This document shows, piece after piece, positions 53,361 through 64,000 of a stretch of 64,000 bases of DNA (positions are counted from its first letter, which is position 1; each line of letters opens with the position of its first letter). The stretch is from Antedon mediterranea (taxonomy: Eukaryota > Animalia > Echinodermata). The notes beneath the pieces are model-generated. The model was not told the DNA's origin. It saw only the letters and a program-made list of their open reading frames with translations, and ran no database searches. The stretch is from contig NC_092679.1 of NCBI RefSeq assembly GCF_964355755.1, positions 10,585,432-10,649,431 of the forward strand, read 5' to 3'. The translations under genes were made by a program, and so were the position numbers.

Positions 53361-54059
53361 ATTGTTTTGTATGGAGCATGAAAATATAATTAAAGCATTG
53401 TTATAGTCTTAAATAATCTGACAGTGACACCCATAGTATTAAGAGGTAAATTTGGTAGTGATATAATGTCGACAATACATCTACACTGTATAGAAATACC
53501 AGAATTGTTGAAGTAAGCCAACTTTGAAATGAGCTAGAAAGCAAACAAAAAATAATATATCTCCAATTTTTTTATATTATGTAAATATCATGTATGAGAT
53601 AATTTTCACAAAATTTCATCTAAAATAAATTTGTCCCACAAGGTCAAATCCCAGGTCAAATGGAATAGAATAAGTTATACATCTTTTAAATAGTTCTATC
53701 TCAAAAGTAAATAGAAGGTTTGGATAGCTTTAACAATTAGCTTTCCAAAGATACCTGTCAAAACAAAATCGGTCCACACGTTACGGAGATACGGTCATTT
53801 AAGTATAGCCCGCCGCGTCGATTTTCAGGTTTTTTAGCTAAAAATAACCCAAAAACCAAATTTGAGCAAATTTGAAGAAAGTAGGGTTTAACCCATTGGG
53901 TGATTTGACATGGAATGACCCAAAAACTAAAATAGCTATAGCCACTAACGGCCAACTTAGTTGAAACCAGGTAGTTGCAAGGTGAACTCGTGAACTCATC
54001 GTACCCGGAAATTACTTTGACCGCGTACAATTGAAATTATGTTGAAAATCTACCAATGA

Positions 54060-54635
54060 AATCAGAAATGTTGTTTGTTGTTGAATTCATTGGACAAAGG
54101 TCACAATATTGACTGTGTGTATATTGACTACTGTAAAGCATTGGACAGTGTGCCCCCCCATCAACGATTACTTGAGGAGCTGAAAGCCTATGAAATTCAA
54201 GTAATCTCTAGAAGTTAATAAAACATTTTTAATTGGACGTTTGCAGAGAGTAAAGATAAATAGAAATTATTCAACACCTAAACCAGTTACCAGTAGTATA
54301 CCTCAAGGTAGCTTTTTAGGCCCGATATTATTTGTTATTTGTATCAACGATTTGCCTAAATCCTTAAACTGCGATACAAAGCTCTTTGCAGACAACAAAA
54401 AAATGTATATGGTTGTAAATGATCTCAGTGAATCAAATACTCTACAGGATGACTTAAATAGTACTTGGAGAGGGCCAGAGAAATGGCAGCTTACCTTCAA
54501 TAAAAATTAATGTAAAATTATTATTAATTATGGTCGAAGAAACCAAAAGTACAACTAACAAAACAAATATCACAGTTGTTCATGAGTAAAAGGATCTGGG
54601 AGTGCTTTTTGATACCTCATTGTTATTTACCAAAT
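54060..54635 (+). mobile_element. CR1 LINE RT fragment
   Basis: LDKGHNIDCVYIDYCKALDSVP..QRLL; LIGRLQRVKIN...IPQGSFLGPILFVICINDLP...KLFADN...WQLTFN; KDLGVLFD. Confidence 0.92.
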
Positions 54636-54984
54636 TCATTGACCAATGAACAAGTTTTGACGCAAAGGTGACTGCCCAAATTGTGTTTGCAAATTGTGAT
54701 CTTTAATTATATCACAAGGGTTAGGAGGTTTACGAAATGCAATAAATACATATAAAAATATTGTATTAATCCGAATGAAATTTTGAATAAATGCCTGCCA
54801 CAAATAAACAGTATAGGATAGGTATGTATCACAAATAAAAATAAATTTGGTTACTTTATGGTACTTATTATTGACTACAAATTTGTTTCGTATGCTAGCA
54901 AAGCTAACACACTCGTCAGGTAAAATGTACAACCATAACTGCAACAGCTCTACAGGGTTACATAAGCAGCAAGTCGGATTGTTT

Positions 54985-55560
54985 ATTCAAGATTCAAGAA
55001 ATTTTATTTGTCCATAAAAATGGAAATTCACTTTGCTTGGTAGATTAAAACAACAATAAAAAACAAACATAAAAAATGTTGCAACAATATTAAAACGTGC
55101 AGTATTATAACAGATAAAATACAAGATAAAAAGTTAAAAATAAAGAAACTGTTAAAGATGTAAAACTATTTAAAAATTGCATTATCGTCTTACATTAGAA
55201 TTAAAAATATGAATGCTATTTACAACGAAGGATTTTCTAGTTCTACAAAGATTTGCTCTTGGAGGTCGTAGCCTAATACCTGATCTATAAGTTATAACAG
55301 ATGTAACGGATGAGTGGGGTCTTTCATAATATTGTTTACTTTTTTCGCGCCGCGGCTCTAGCCAGCTATGTCCCAGGAGGACACATTCATTAATAAGCTG
55401 TTTCATAGCGGTAGCTTTAGTATCTAAGACTGACAGTTTTGTGAATTTGGAAACTCGACTATTTTATATACCCAAAAAACGTCTGGGAGAAGAGAGTCTA
55501 TATGAAAGCCTTTGCTGATAATACAGTATTATTGAGATGTAGACGGAAATCTGTAAAATC
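54985..55560 (-). mobile_element. Rex1/Babar-like LINE 3' portion
   Basis: C-terminus HSSV...RSGIRLRPPRANLCRTRKSFVVNSI, then 3' UTR and (TCTTGAA)n tail. Confidence 0.7.
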
Positions 55561-56226
55561 TTGATCAATAAATAATAACTTCGTTTTTGCTGTCAACCAG
55601 GCCGGTATTATAATAAGTCACTGTCAAATAAATCATTCGATAATGGTCAAAACTTTATTTTGGCTCTGTCAACATAAAGGGAGGTATACAGTATTTACAA
55701 TGACTTTCTTTGACTGTCAATCTAGGCCAATGTTATAATAATACGCCGTCAGATATTAAATCATTGAAACAGTCCTCGTAAATTTTTTGTTGGTTATCAG
55801 ATGCCGTGGGGGGTCCAATCAATTATCGTCAGAAGGTGAACAATCAGTCTAGGTAGCAGCAGCAGATTATTAGGAACGCCTGCTCCATTAATTAATCCAG
55901 AAAAAGGTTTGTACATTATCTATTTATTTATTAGCCTTCTCCTAACACAATTATATTTTCTTTAAAAAAAAGGTTTTATAAGTGGTTTCAACATTTATGA
56001 TAGTAATGTCACAGTTCTGTGTCTGGACGCAAGTTCATAGACCTACTAGTTATATTATTCATATTAACTGATACTTACTCTTCATTTACCGTAAAGTTCA
56101 GTTTTAATGAAATATATAATATAAATTGGCTTCGTAACAATTAATTAGTTTTGAAAAGGTTAGTTTTTTGGTGATAGGTGAAAATGACATGTAACTTCGT
56201 AATCAATTTATTTTTTTTTGTATAAA

Positions 56227-56585
56227 GGCCCAATTACACTATGACGATAACGACGGACGATAAATATATAGCATGCATTTTTTTTACATAAACCAAAAGA
56301 AATTAGAAAGGTTTTCGTTCTAGACCTATAGGATAATCATTTATGCTGTCTTTGATAAAAATAATGTTTTTCAAATTCCAATCAAATGACGTCATGATAA
56401 ATAAAAACAATAAAATCGGTGTATTGTCACGATATTATTGGTCTTACTAATCATGACGTCATTTGATTGGACGTGTGAAAATATAATTTTCATCAAAGGA
56501 ATTGTTCATATTTCTTTTGGTTTATGTATTAAAAATGCACATTTGTCTATTTATCGTCGATCGTTATCGTCCTAGTGTATGGGCC
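56227..56585. mobile_element. Harbinger-type foldback MITE (~360 bp)
   Basis: GGCCCA.TTACACTA.GACGATAACGA at both ends in inverted orientation. Complementarity extends inward to TCCAATCAAATGACGTCATGAT / ATCATGACGTCATTTGATTGGA. Confidence 0.85.
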
Positions 56586-56869
56586 TTATTTCATTTCATT
56601 TATTCCACATTTATTTAGTCATCAATTACAGTACATCATAATTACAGTACAACTGAGAACAGGGATCCTGCATAAAAAAGCTATAGCTTCGTTTTTTTGT
56701 AGGACCCTTTTACATAGGAACTTTACGGTAAATGTTCAATTAATTGATCATTCCGATTTTATTAGTTGGACTCTTGCGCAGTTGCTGTTTAATCGTTGTT
56801 GTGTAATATCATTTCGAACCATTATACAATTGAAAGCAAAACCCGTTGAATCTCAAATCATTAGGACTA

Positions 56870-57960
56870 GAAATTTGGCTTATCAATCAAATAAATACTT
56901 TCGTTCAAAATGAAACTCCAACCTCTCTAATCAAAAGATTGAACTCGAAAACGGACCGTTTTTTTTAATTGGGTATGTTGAAACATTTCAATATTCATTT
57001 AAAAAAGTACATTAATTATGGTATTGATCAGTGGCTATAGAGGCGTAAAAACCCTCGGTCAATATCATGTAAAATGCACTGTGGAAGGGTCATTATTAAG
57101 ACTGCAAAATTGGGCTTATCAACAAATAAATACTTTCGTTCAAAATGTAAAATCAAGGCTGAAAAATTGGGCTTATCAACAACAAAATATTTTATTATTA
57201 GACGCGATAACATCAAGGATAATCAGTATAATTATTAATATAGCCACTGTTACTTATAGTTTTATTCTACATGCTAAAGTAAATAAAAATCCACTAGAAA
57301 ACAAACAAGTCTGAATGTTATGCTTATTAGCCATGTTATGTTTGTTACTGAGGCCTATGATTGTTTGTAATGTCCACATATTATTTCCGTGGGCATATCC
57401 ATAGTGTATCACTCACAAAAAAGACGTGTGAGGTTCTTTCTTTAGATTTTGAAGAATGATTTGTGTTACAGATTGACACAAGAGTCAAATGCTCAAGATA
57501 TCGGCTAACGCCATGGGACCCTTGGCTTATCAATGAATAATAAATACAGTACTACTTTCGTTCAATTGAAATCGGAATCTGACCGTTTCATTAAATTGGG
57601 TGTGATTAGGCCTAAACATAATAATTTATTAAAAAGGTACAATAAAAACAAATGCATCAGAGGCGTAAAGAACCCACGGTCAATATCATATAAAATGTAT
57701 ATGGTATAAGCACTGTGGTGGAAGGGTCATTATTATTAAACTGGAAAATTCGGCTTATCAACAAATAAATACTTTCGTTTAAAATGTAAAATAAGACTGT
57801 AAAATTGGGCTTATCAACAAATAAATACTTTCGTTCAAAATGTAAAATAAGACTGCACAATTGGGCTTACCAACAAATAAAATACTTTTTAAAAAAAATG
57901 TAAAATTAAGACTGGAAAATTGGGCTTATAAACAAATAAATACTTCCGTTCAAAATGTAA
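56870..57960. repeat. ~53-bp tandem units within a larger duplicated block
   Basis: AAATTGGGCTTATCAACAAATAAATACTTTCGTTCAAAATGTAAAATAAGACTG occurs about twice at 57098-57190 and four times at 57740-57960. Confidence 0.9.
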
Positions 57961-57987
57961 GAAAACATTTTTTAAATATAATCCTTA

Positions 57988-58141
57988 AGCTCTGTCTATA
58001 CTATCAAACTAAATATGATGTGCCCATATTATATAGACATGACGATGTCATATCACTACGATAATCGGGCATATCACTACCATATTTGGGCACATCACAC
58101 TTTTTTGGTTAAACTAGTTGGGACAGTGTAGACACAGAACT
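57988..58141. mobile_element. Small Harbinger-like MITE (~150 bp)
   Basis: AGCTCTGTCTATACTATCAAACTA ... TAGTTGGGACAGTGTAGACACAGAACT; internal TGATGTGCCCA / TGGGCACATCA. Confidence 0.65.
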
Positions 58142-58689
58142 ATGTGATCGAAACATAAGTCGGAATTGGACTGACGCGATTGATTTAATTGGGTATTTTT
58201 ATTAATGTAATGATTCATTAAAAACTATAATACCGATACGCGTTTGGTATTGATCAATGGTGCAAAAAACCCTGAGAAATAATGTTATAACGCGATTTGG
58301 TGATAGCTTAGCAATAATACAACCCATACTATTATTATAAATAACTATTACAAATCCATTCATATAACTTTTCATCGCGAACCGAAAATGTATAAATGTT
58401 ATTCTACAGACAGTAATTATATATTCAAAAGCCATATTATTATTATTATCAATACCTAAATGCGATAGTAATAACCACATACATTATTCCCAATACAAGT
58501 TTGTGCGTTTAATTCTAGAAAGAAACGACTGTGCTGACAGGCCAATGACATAAATCACAAGTAAAGTCCCAATTGTTCACTTGCGTTTTGATTGGCCGAC
58601 CTATTATATTAGATTAATGAAGACTGTTCTTACAACTGTCCAGTCAAAAAGTTACGCGGCGTTTTTTGTAAGAAATATTTCTTGTTTAA

Positions 58690-61600
58690 ATACTCTTTTC
58701 ATAGATAAATGAACAAGGCGTTTAGATCAGCTTTAATAATGCGTTGTGCAATTTTACGTGGTCTCTCAATATTTTTCTTATCATTATCAGTATAGTTACC
58801 ATAAAGACATCCAATGTTAAAAGATAAAATACTTTGAATAATACTTTGATAAAATAGAATTAAAATAGTGTTATCAACTCTAATTTGCTTGAGTTTTCTG
58901 AGAAAGTAAAGCCTTTGAGATGCCTTCTTGGAAATCATGAGAGCGTTTGACTCCCAATTTAATTTGTTGTCAATTATAGTACCTAAGTATTTGTATTGGG
59001 TTACTCTTTCAACCTCGGTTTCTTTAATAGTTATTACATTATGTTCAACTGCGGTTTTACGAAAATCTATTATCATCTCTTTGGTTTTAGTAATATTAAG
59101 TATTAAGTTCATATCCTCACACCAATTAACAAATCTTCCAACTTCATTAACAAATTCATTTACATTATGCTTACTGTCGCAAAGAAAACCACTAATTACA
59201 GTATCGTCAGCGTATTTTACAATATTGCAATCTTTACTTAAAATATTAAAACTGCTTGAATAAAGAGAAAACAAAATTGGGGAAATAACACATCCTTGAG
59301 GAGCTCCAACACTGATAGATTCTTTGTTGGATAGGATACCATTGCACTTAACCATCTGCGGTCTATTAATCAAAAAACTATATATAACTTTGGCGAGCTG
59401 AGGTGAGACATTAAAACTTAATAATCTATCAATTAAAACATGTGGTAAAATAGTATTAAAAGCACTGGAGAAATCGAAAAAAATAGACCGTACATAATTT
59501 CTTTTTGAATCAAGGTGATGATATGCATCATGGAGATAAGAATTTACAGCATCGTCAACCCCTCTATTTTTCTTATATGCAAATTGATTCTTATCTGCAT
59601 TACCAATATTTTCCTTAAGTCTAGATACAATCAACCTTTCTATTAGCATTTCATTATATTTGAAGTAATTGCAATTGGTCTAAAATCTTTTGGTACACTA
59701 GGTTTATTAACTTTAGGCAATGGATTTATAATAGAAGTTTTCCATATGCGTGGAACAGTACCATTTCTAAAAATAATATTAAAAATATAAGTAAAAATTG
59801 GACATAGTTGGATATTGCACACTTTTAAAATTCTGTTTCAAATCCCATCTGGTCCAGTTGCCTTATTGACTTTTACACGTGCAAATTCTCTTAAAACCTC
59901 GTCTTCATTAACAACAACATTATTATTATCATCATTACCAATATTGTTATTATTATTGTTATTATTATTATTATAATCATTATCTTTAAGATTGTTAAGT
60001 TTCTCACTGGTAGCCAACATGTCTGTTTCATATTGACCATCATCAAATCTGCAGAAAAATTTGTTTAAGGAGTCCACAAAATTCTTGTCACATGTCACCT
60101 ACGTATTTTTTCGGATTTTCTTTGTAGTCAGTGAGCATATGTATTGCCTTCCAGGCTGAACGCATGTCTTTATCCTTGAAATGTTTTTCCATTTTAGCTT
60201 TATATTTTTGTTTTGCTTTTAAGATACTAGCATCAATCTCCTTCTGAATTCGCTTCGCTTCATCTTTCTTACCGGCTGCATATTCTTTTGTCTTTTTGAC
60301 TACGAGACATTTCGTTTCATGTAAGAACCATGGCTTGCAATTAGGGTAAATTTTTGTCTTCCTTAATGGTATCAGCACAATAGTTTATGTATGAACAAAC
60401 AGCATTTACTTCAACATCGATAGAATTTTCGGATTCTGAGAAAACACCCCAGTCCGTAGATTCAAAACCACCCTTTAGCATATCAATTGTCTCTGTGCTC
60501 CAGATCTGCCTTTCTTTGACTACAGGCTTCTGTCTTTTTAAGATTGGCTTGTAGAGTGGTCTTAGAATCACGTTGTCATGGTCAGAGTTTCCCAATGGGG
60601 CACATGTTTTAGCATCATAAGCCTTGGGGATGTTTGAATAACACAGATCCAGAATTTCATTTCCTCGTGTTGGTTGCTGAACGAATTGTTTAAACGTAGG
60701 AAGAACAGTGTTTAGGTTACATTGGTTAAAATCTCCCAGAATGATTTTTACAGCATCTGGGGAATGCGATTCAATATTATTAACCTGCTCAGCAATATGT
60801 TCACACGCGATAGTATAATTTGCACCTGGATAAAAATAAAAATTTGCGGAAATTCGCGCGGTAAGTAGAAAGGTCTGATTCCAACAGTAAGTACTTCATA
60901 GTTGGGTGTACAGGCTTTCGACCAAACCTTCCAGTTGTTACAAACTTGTTGGTTAATATAAAGACAGACTCCACCACCTGTAGTTTTACCTGAATTTATG
61001 GTTCTATCACTTCTCAGTGGTGTGAAATTTTCAAGCTCAATGGCTGAGTCAGCGATTTCATCTTTGAGCCATGTCTCCGTAAAACATTATAGTAATGAAG
61101 CTTCTCTATATTCATGGATAAATCGTATATTAGCTCGCAGTTTTGTTCAGCAGTGATCTAACGTTACCAAAAGTAATGACTGGTAGAGGGTGTTTAGTTC
61201 CTCTTCTCCTTAAACGTTGACGGATACCACCTTTTTTCCCCCGTTTACGTTTACGTTTTGTTAGGCAAGTATTTAGATCCAAGCCCACAAGGTCAAGTGG
61301 CTTAGAGTAGTCAGGTTTACGGTACCGTTTACAGTGGCGTATTTAGGATTTTGAAGTTGGGGGGGCTGGGATTGCCAATTTACCGACAAAGTTGGTGTCA
61401 TTATCTGTACATATACCTGATCAATATATGTTCTAGGATTACATAGTCATATTGTCTTATATGGGATAACGATGCAAAATTAAAACCAAACCAACATTAT
61501 CTGTTAGTATGTTGTATTCATATTACAATAAAGAAAGAATTAGGAAAATCTGACTTGTAGTTTTCGAAATATAGGGTCTTTTTAGCCACGAAAGAAGTAA

Positions 61601-62471
61601 AACAATTTGAGACCTCAGTCGATAATTCTATTAACTACGCCATTTTTGGTTAAAATAATTACATATAATTACATTTTTTAGTAATTTATTTTATATATCA
61701 CCATTGGAAATATCAATAAAACATGTTATTAAATGCTTATAAAATATATAAAGTTGTTTACTTAACGGAATTCGGGCAAATTCATTGCTCTAACTTTGTG
61801 TAGTAATGATCAGAGAGATTCATGGTACACGCGCGAGAGAAAACATTCCGCTGCGGGTGATTCAAACAAAAAAGCACATGGCATGTGGAACTATATAATC
61901 TTAACGTAGGAAGACATACAAATCCCAGGTCATGAGAGGCTCAACTGCAAAAACAAGGTTGAATAGGGTAAGGTCAAAGACTTTTGAGTACGTGCTACAC
62001 ATTTTTTACGTGTTTCGTTAGATGTAATGAAAATAAAAAATAGTTGATCTGAAGGAATCAATGATATGATATGTAAATAAACAAACACTCAAAAGAATTA
62101 TGTTTACAGTTCAATTATTGTCAGAATAATAGTTTTTTTTTTCCCGGCACCTTTGTTTGCCGACGGACGCAATGATGTGCCGACGGACACGAAATCAGGG
62201 GGGCCCGGGCCCCCCGCCCCCCACTGGATACGCCACTGACCGTTTAAGTTCGTCTGCCGTGTAGGTGATTCGCATTGAGCGCACCATCATAGACACGTAC
62301 GTAGGCCTAGCAGGAAAATGTTTGATAACAGTGACAAATAAAACTATAAACGTCCACAAGTACAAAATTTCATGTAACAACTATACATAGAATGTAAAAG
62401 AACAGCACATATAAATTCAGAATTTAACAACACGAATTTTACCAAGCGGGTCGCCACAGTGCAGCGCCACC
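58690..62471 (-). mobile_element. Near full-length Rex1/Babar LINE (APE endonuclease and RT), frameshifted, 3'-truncated
   Basis: N-terminus TYTADELKR|YRK...RKRKRGKKGGIRQRLRRR..PLPVITFGNVRSL. EN motifs CFTETWL, GGGVCLYIN, ILGDFN, ILDLCYSN, GNSDHD. RT motifs KATGPDGI, QFAYKKNRGVDDA, FFDFSSAFNTI, GAPQGCVISP, KYADDT. Confidence 0.95.
61332..62238. mobile_element. hAT-type MITE (907 bp) inserted in the Rex1/Babar ORF
   Basis: TIR CAGTGGCGTAT / ATACGCCACTG. Perfect 8-bp TSD ACCGTTTA at 61324-61331 and 62239-62246. Confidence 0.93.
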
Positions 62472-62473
62472 AA

Positions 62474-63245
62474 TCCTATATCTATATAAGTGAGAGAGTT
62501 TGTCTGTCTGTTTGTCCATTATACAAATTTTTGTTACTGCACGTAACCTTACATATGGGGTATCAAAATGACTGCAATTGTACCGGGAATGTTCTACGGT
62601 AAACTATATTTGAACATCATCCGCCATCTAGGATCCAAGTTAGGGGCCAAAATGTGGTAAAAATGGCCCACTTTTCGATGTTTGTTCGTTATAAAAATGT
62701 ATGTTTCGGCATGTAACCATACATATGGGGTATCAAAATGATGGCAATTGTACCGGGAAGGTTTTAAACTACATTTCAAAACGGGGGAGGGGTAATTGTT
62801 GGAAGAGGGGGGGGGGAGAGATAGGGTGTGAAAGTTGGGGTTCAGGGGATAGTGGGGATTTTGCTTAGGCTAGGTGTAGTAGGTTATCAAAATTGGTAGG
62901 AAATTGTTTAAGTATTTTAATTATCCCTGGGAAGGGGATGAGAGTGTGGGGTGGGGATGTAGGCCTATCACCATGATTGAAACTGTACTGGGAATGTACT
63001 ACATTTGAAAACTGCCACTGAGGAATTATGGGTTGGGAGTGATGGCTAACATAATTTTTCTGGAATCGTCCAGTATCTGGGGTGTGTTAGGAGGCAGAAG
63101 GGGGAGCGGAAATACTGGCATAATGAAGTGTATGATTGGAATTGTACTAGGAAAAGTTACTAAATTTTAACTGTCAAGGGGTAGAGTTGTTAAGGTTAAT
63201 TGTGGCTGGGATGGTGAGAGGAGAAAGAAGGCTGGGGGCCCGCAG
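62474..63245 (+). mobile_element. Helitron-like non-autonomous element with G-rich interior; related piece at 43165-43295
   Basis: 5' TCCTATATCTATATA..TGTCTGTCTG start. CATATGGGGTATCAAAATG..ATTGTACC.GGAA occurs at about 62552, 62722 and 43192. No clear 3' CTAG end identified. Confidence 0.55.
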
Positions 63246-63350
63246 ATCAAAATTAAATATTTTAATTATCAGCCAATATGACACCTATTCATTTACAAAG
63301 TTTACAACGTATTTAAACCATAGGCCTATCGTAGCTATGTATACCCCTCT

Positions 63351-63403
63351 CATTAGGTTATATGCATTATCATGCATATAACCTCTTGATTCTGTCAAAA
63401 TCT

Positions 63404-63442
<39 letters not shown>

Positions 63443-64000
63443 TTCTTTCCTTAGCACTATTTGTCCGTGAATTATCTTGGCATCAGTTTCATCTAACTAA
63501 GTCAATTTTTCAGAGTATATTCCTTATGGCCAGGAATCGATGTGGTTATGTTTTCACGTTGCGTAATCAAAAATTTAACGAAATCACGTTTGTAATCATA
63601 TCTTCACAAGTATGAATCACAATTAAACAAAATTTGGTACTCATAAATTTCAGGTCATATTTCATCATATGGCAATACAATTACGTGCGTAGCGCATATA
63701 ACGCTTGCGTACGCGCGCTTAAAATGTTCAAAATTGTCAAAATTTATTTTCGATGAAATTAGAGTACGTTTCAGGCAATTTTAAGCGTTTAAAAAATTGC
63801 CATGAGTGCGCAGATTTTTGCACGCGCACTGCGCGTTAAACGTTATTGCGCACTCTTTTTGCCCGATTTCTGTTTTACAATCTTTCTTTAATAATATCAT
63901 CTTATTTGATTCACGTTTCAACTCGAAATTGCGTTATACGAGCACGTCAAAAGTGACTTGCTACGCACGTATAAATTAACAAAATGGTGAAAATATGCTA
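63351..64000 (-). mobile_element. Helentron-associated repeat, 3' end with hairpin and (TTTA)n; similar end at 38261-38400
   Basis: 13-bp perfect stem AGGTTATATGCAT-tatc-ATGCATATAACCT (63355-63384), adjacent TTTA microsatellite (63403-63445). Interior resembles the reverse complement of 6340-6480. Confidence 0.65.

Larger units (their letters stand above)
50776..53921. mobile_element. Sola2-like non-autonomous element with ~560-620-bp TIRs
   Basis: AAAA|GGGTCATTCCAT ... ATGGAATGACCC|AAAA. 50776-51400 is the near-identical reverse complement of 53362-53921 apart from an indel. GRG termini, 4-bp TSD and long TIRs fit Sola2. Confidence 0.8.

Noticed and set aside
57018-58064. ORFs with repeated NWAYQQINT peptides
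   Set aside because: Translations of the 53-bp tandem repeat, whose length is not a multiple of three.
49722-64000. Further upstream INO80 exons (HRVLIYSQMT region)
   Set aside because: Not found by eye; presumably beyond the window.

Overview
AT-rich metazoan (eukaryotic) genomic DNA, not prokaryotic. An invertebrate deuterostome or echinoderm-like origin is only an inference from the repeat landscape. The one host gene I can support is the 3' part of INO80 (SNF2-family chromatin-remodelling ATPase) on the minus strand. Eight exons can be assembled in frame: 49721-49627, 47654-47423, 44143-44041, 43339-43305, 41874-41752, 35743-35626, 31279-31091 and 17316-17195 (stop). They include a 35-nt frame-restoring exon and a probable GC-AG intron; upstream exons appear to lie beyond position 64000. 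The rest is largely a nested transposon graveyard. Retroelements: RTE, R4/Dong, CR1/L2 and Rex1/Babar LINEs, Penelope-like elements (one with a clear type I hammerhead ribozyme) and a Gypsy fragment. DNA elements: a two-gene PIF/Harbinger element, a Tigger/pogo relic, a 3.1-kb long-TIR Sola2-like element carrying a hairpin-forming ~195-bp satellite and a nested ISL2EU-like element, Kolobok/piggyBac/hAT/Harbinger MITEs and Helitron/Helentron-like repeats. Most short ORFs in the track are spurious or antisense to these elements. I found no clearly new biological system; the best leads are the hairpin satellite in the Sola2-like element, the ribozyme motifs and the INO80 C-terminal splicing features. 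All alignments were done by eye.
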